DNA of 213 nt from Escherichia coli (GTDB lineage Bacteria > Pseudomonadota > Gammaproteobacteria > Enterobacterales > Enterobacteriaceae). A program made the translations under genes and the position numbers. The notes under the pieces are model-generated. The model saw only the letters and a program-made list of their open reading frames with translations. It did no database searches and was not told where the DNA came from. The stretch is taken from the NCBI RefSeq assembly GCF_003334815.1, contig NZ_QOWO01000143.1; one strand, 5' to 3'. Below, in pieces: positions 1 to 213 of this stretch; the stretch's first letter is position 1, and every line of letters starts with the position of its first letter.

Positions 1-76
1 CTCTCATATAGCCACACTTGTAGACCGAAAATCACGTTATACGATCATCCTTAGACTCAGGGGCAAAGATTCTGTC
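1..76 (+). mobile_element. IS30 internal fragment (IS30 family), truncated by the window at its 5' side and interrupted at 76/77 by another IS
   Basis: Plus-strand frame 2 (codons from position 2) translates to SHIATLVDRKSRYTIILRLRGKDSV, which matches from memory an internal segment of E. coli IS30 transposase InsI (roughly residues 239-263 of about 383). The match stops abruptly at position 76. Confidence 0.85.
2..76 (+). pseudogene. insI: IS30 transposase InsI, interrupted internal CDS fragment (25 codons); the in-frame TGA at 77-79 is supplied by the terminus of the adjacent IS
   Basis: 25 consecutive codons identical to the recalled InsI sequence (...ATLVDRKSRYTIILRLRGKDSV). The native protein continues SVNQALTDKF..., but here the frame reads V-stop followed by unrelated sequence. 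No start codon or N-terminal region is in the window. Confidence 0.8.
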
Positions 77-101
77 TGAACCGCCCCGGGTTTCCTGGAG
101 A
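77..101 (-). repeat. Terminal inverted repeat (IRR) of the IS3-family element, about 25 bp; outer terminus at position 77
   Basis: Sequence TGAACCGCCCCGGGTTTCCTGGAGA directly abuts the point where IS30 homology ends. IS3-family IRs begin with 5'-TG. The inner boundary (about 101) is approximate because the partner IR is not in the window. Confidence 0.7.
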
Positions 102-118
102 GTGTTTTATCTGTGAAC

Positions 119-213
119 TCAGGCTGCCAGATCATTGTTTCCGATGGAAGCATAATAAGCTTTTTCTGCTTCTGCCGGAGGAGTATGGCCCAGCCTTTCC
201 AGCAATCGTCGAT
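119..213 (-). CDS. IS3 family transposase OrfB (integrase-core/rve type), C-terminal 31 codons plus stop; 5'-partial because the gene continues past the window end
   Basis: Minus-strand translation gives ...(N)RRLLERLGHTPPAEAEKAYYASIGNNDLAA with stop TGA at 119-121 (reverse complement). The LG-x-x-P-x-E-x-E motif near the C-terminus is characteristic of IS3-family OrfB proteins, and the tail matches the recalled IS629/IS1203 OrfB C-terminus. Confidence 0.85.
   Translation of the reverse strand, partial: RRLLERLGHTPPAEAEKAYYASIGNNDLAA

Larger units (their letters stand above)
77..213 (-). mobile_element. IS3-family insertion sequence (IS629/IS1203-like), right end: terminal IR plus 3' end of orfB; the element continues beyond position 213
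   Basis: Terminus begins 5'-TGAACCGCCCCGGGTTTCCTGGAGA, a TG-initiated IR typical of the IS3 family and close to the IS629 end as I recall it. About 17 bp inside the IR, the minus strand carries the stop codon of an ORF whose C-terminus has the IS3-family OrfB signature. Confidence 0.85.

Noticed and set aside
36-66. Promoter-like hexamers on the minus strand reading outward from the IS end into IS30 antisense (TTGCCC, 19-nt spacer, TATAAC).
   Set aside because: Weak -35 (4/6), over-long spacer, and it lies inside IS30 coding sequence. No outward promoter in the IR itself could be identified confidently by eye.
85-90. CCCGGG palindrome (85-90); also AAGCTT (157-162).
   Set aside because: These are short restriction-site palindromes within the IR and the orfB coding sequence respectively, fully explained by those features. 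No extended stem-loop or operator-like symmetry is present.
164-175. Tandem hexamer TTCTGC x2.
   Set aside because: It encodes the AEAE dipeptide repeat of the OrfB C-terminus on the minus strand. Only two units, so it is coding sequence and not a repeat feature.
80-213. Plus-strand frame 2 stays open after the TGA at 77-79 to the window end (TAPGFLESVLSVNSGCQIIVSDGSIISFFCFCRRSMAQPFQQSS).
   Set aside because: It is antisense to the well-supported IS3-family orfB C-terminus, has no recognisable protein signature and no start context. It is a shadow ORF.
1-213. Possibility of a novel defence or accessory system in the window.
   Set aside because: Every base is accounted for by two known IS families (IS30 fragment, IS3-family end). 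There is no unexplained ORF, repeat array or RNA-like structure.

Overview
This 213-bp window is a junction between two different insertion sequences, and I see no evidence of a novel biological system in it. Positions 2-76 (+ strand) encode an internal 25-codon stretch of the IS30 transposase InsI (SHIATLVDRKSRYTIILRLRGKDSV). The reading frame is cut at 76/77, where the terminal inverted repeat of an IS3-family element begins (5'-TGAACCGCCCCGGG..., 77 to about 101). That element lies in inverted orientation and extends past the window end; positions 119-213 (- strand) encode the C-terminus of its OrfB transposase (...RRLLERLGHTPPAEAEKAYYASIGNNDLAA*). The IR and OrfB tail match my recollection of the IS629/IS1203 lineage. 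The simplest reading is an IS629-like element inserted into, or lying next to a deletion endpoint within, the IS30 transposase gene. This kind of nested IS arrangement is typical of IS-rich Escherichia/Shigella genomes; that host assignment is inference. All identifications are from manual translation and recalled sequences, not from a database search.
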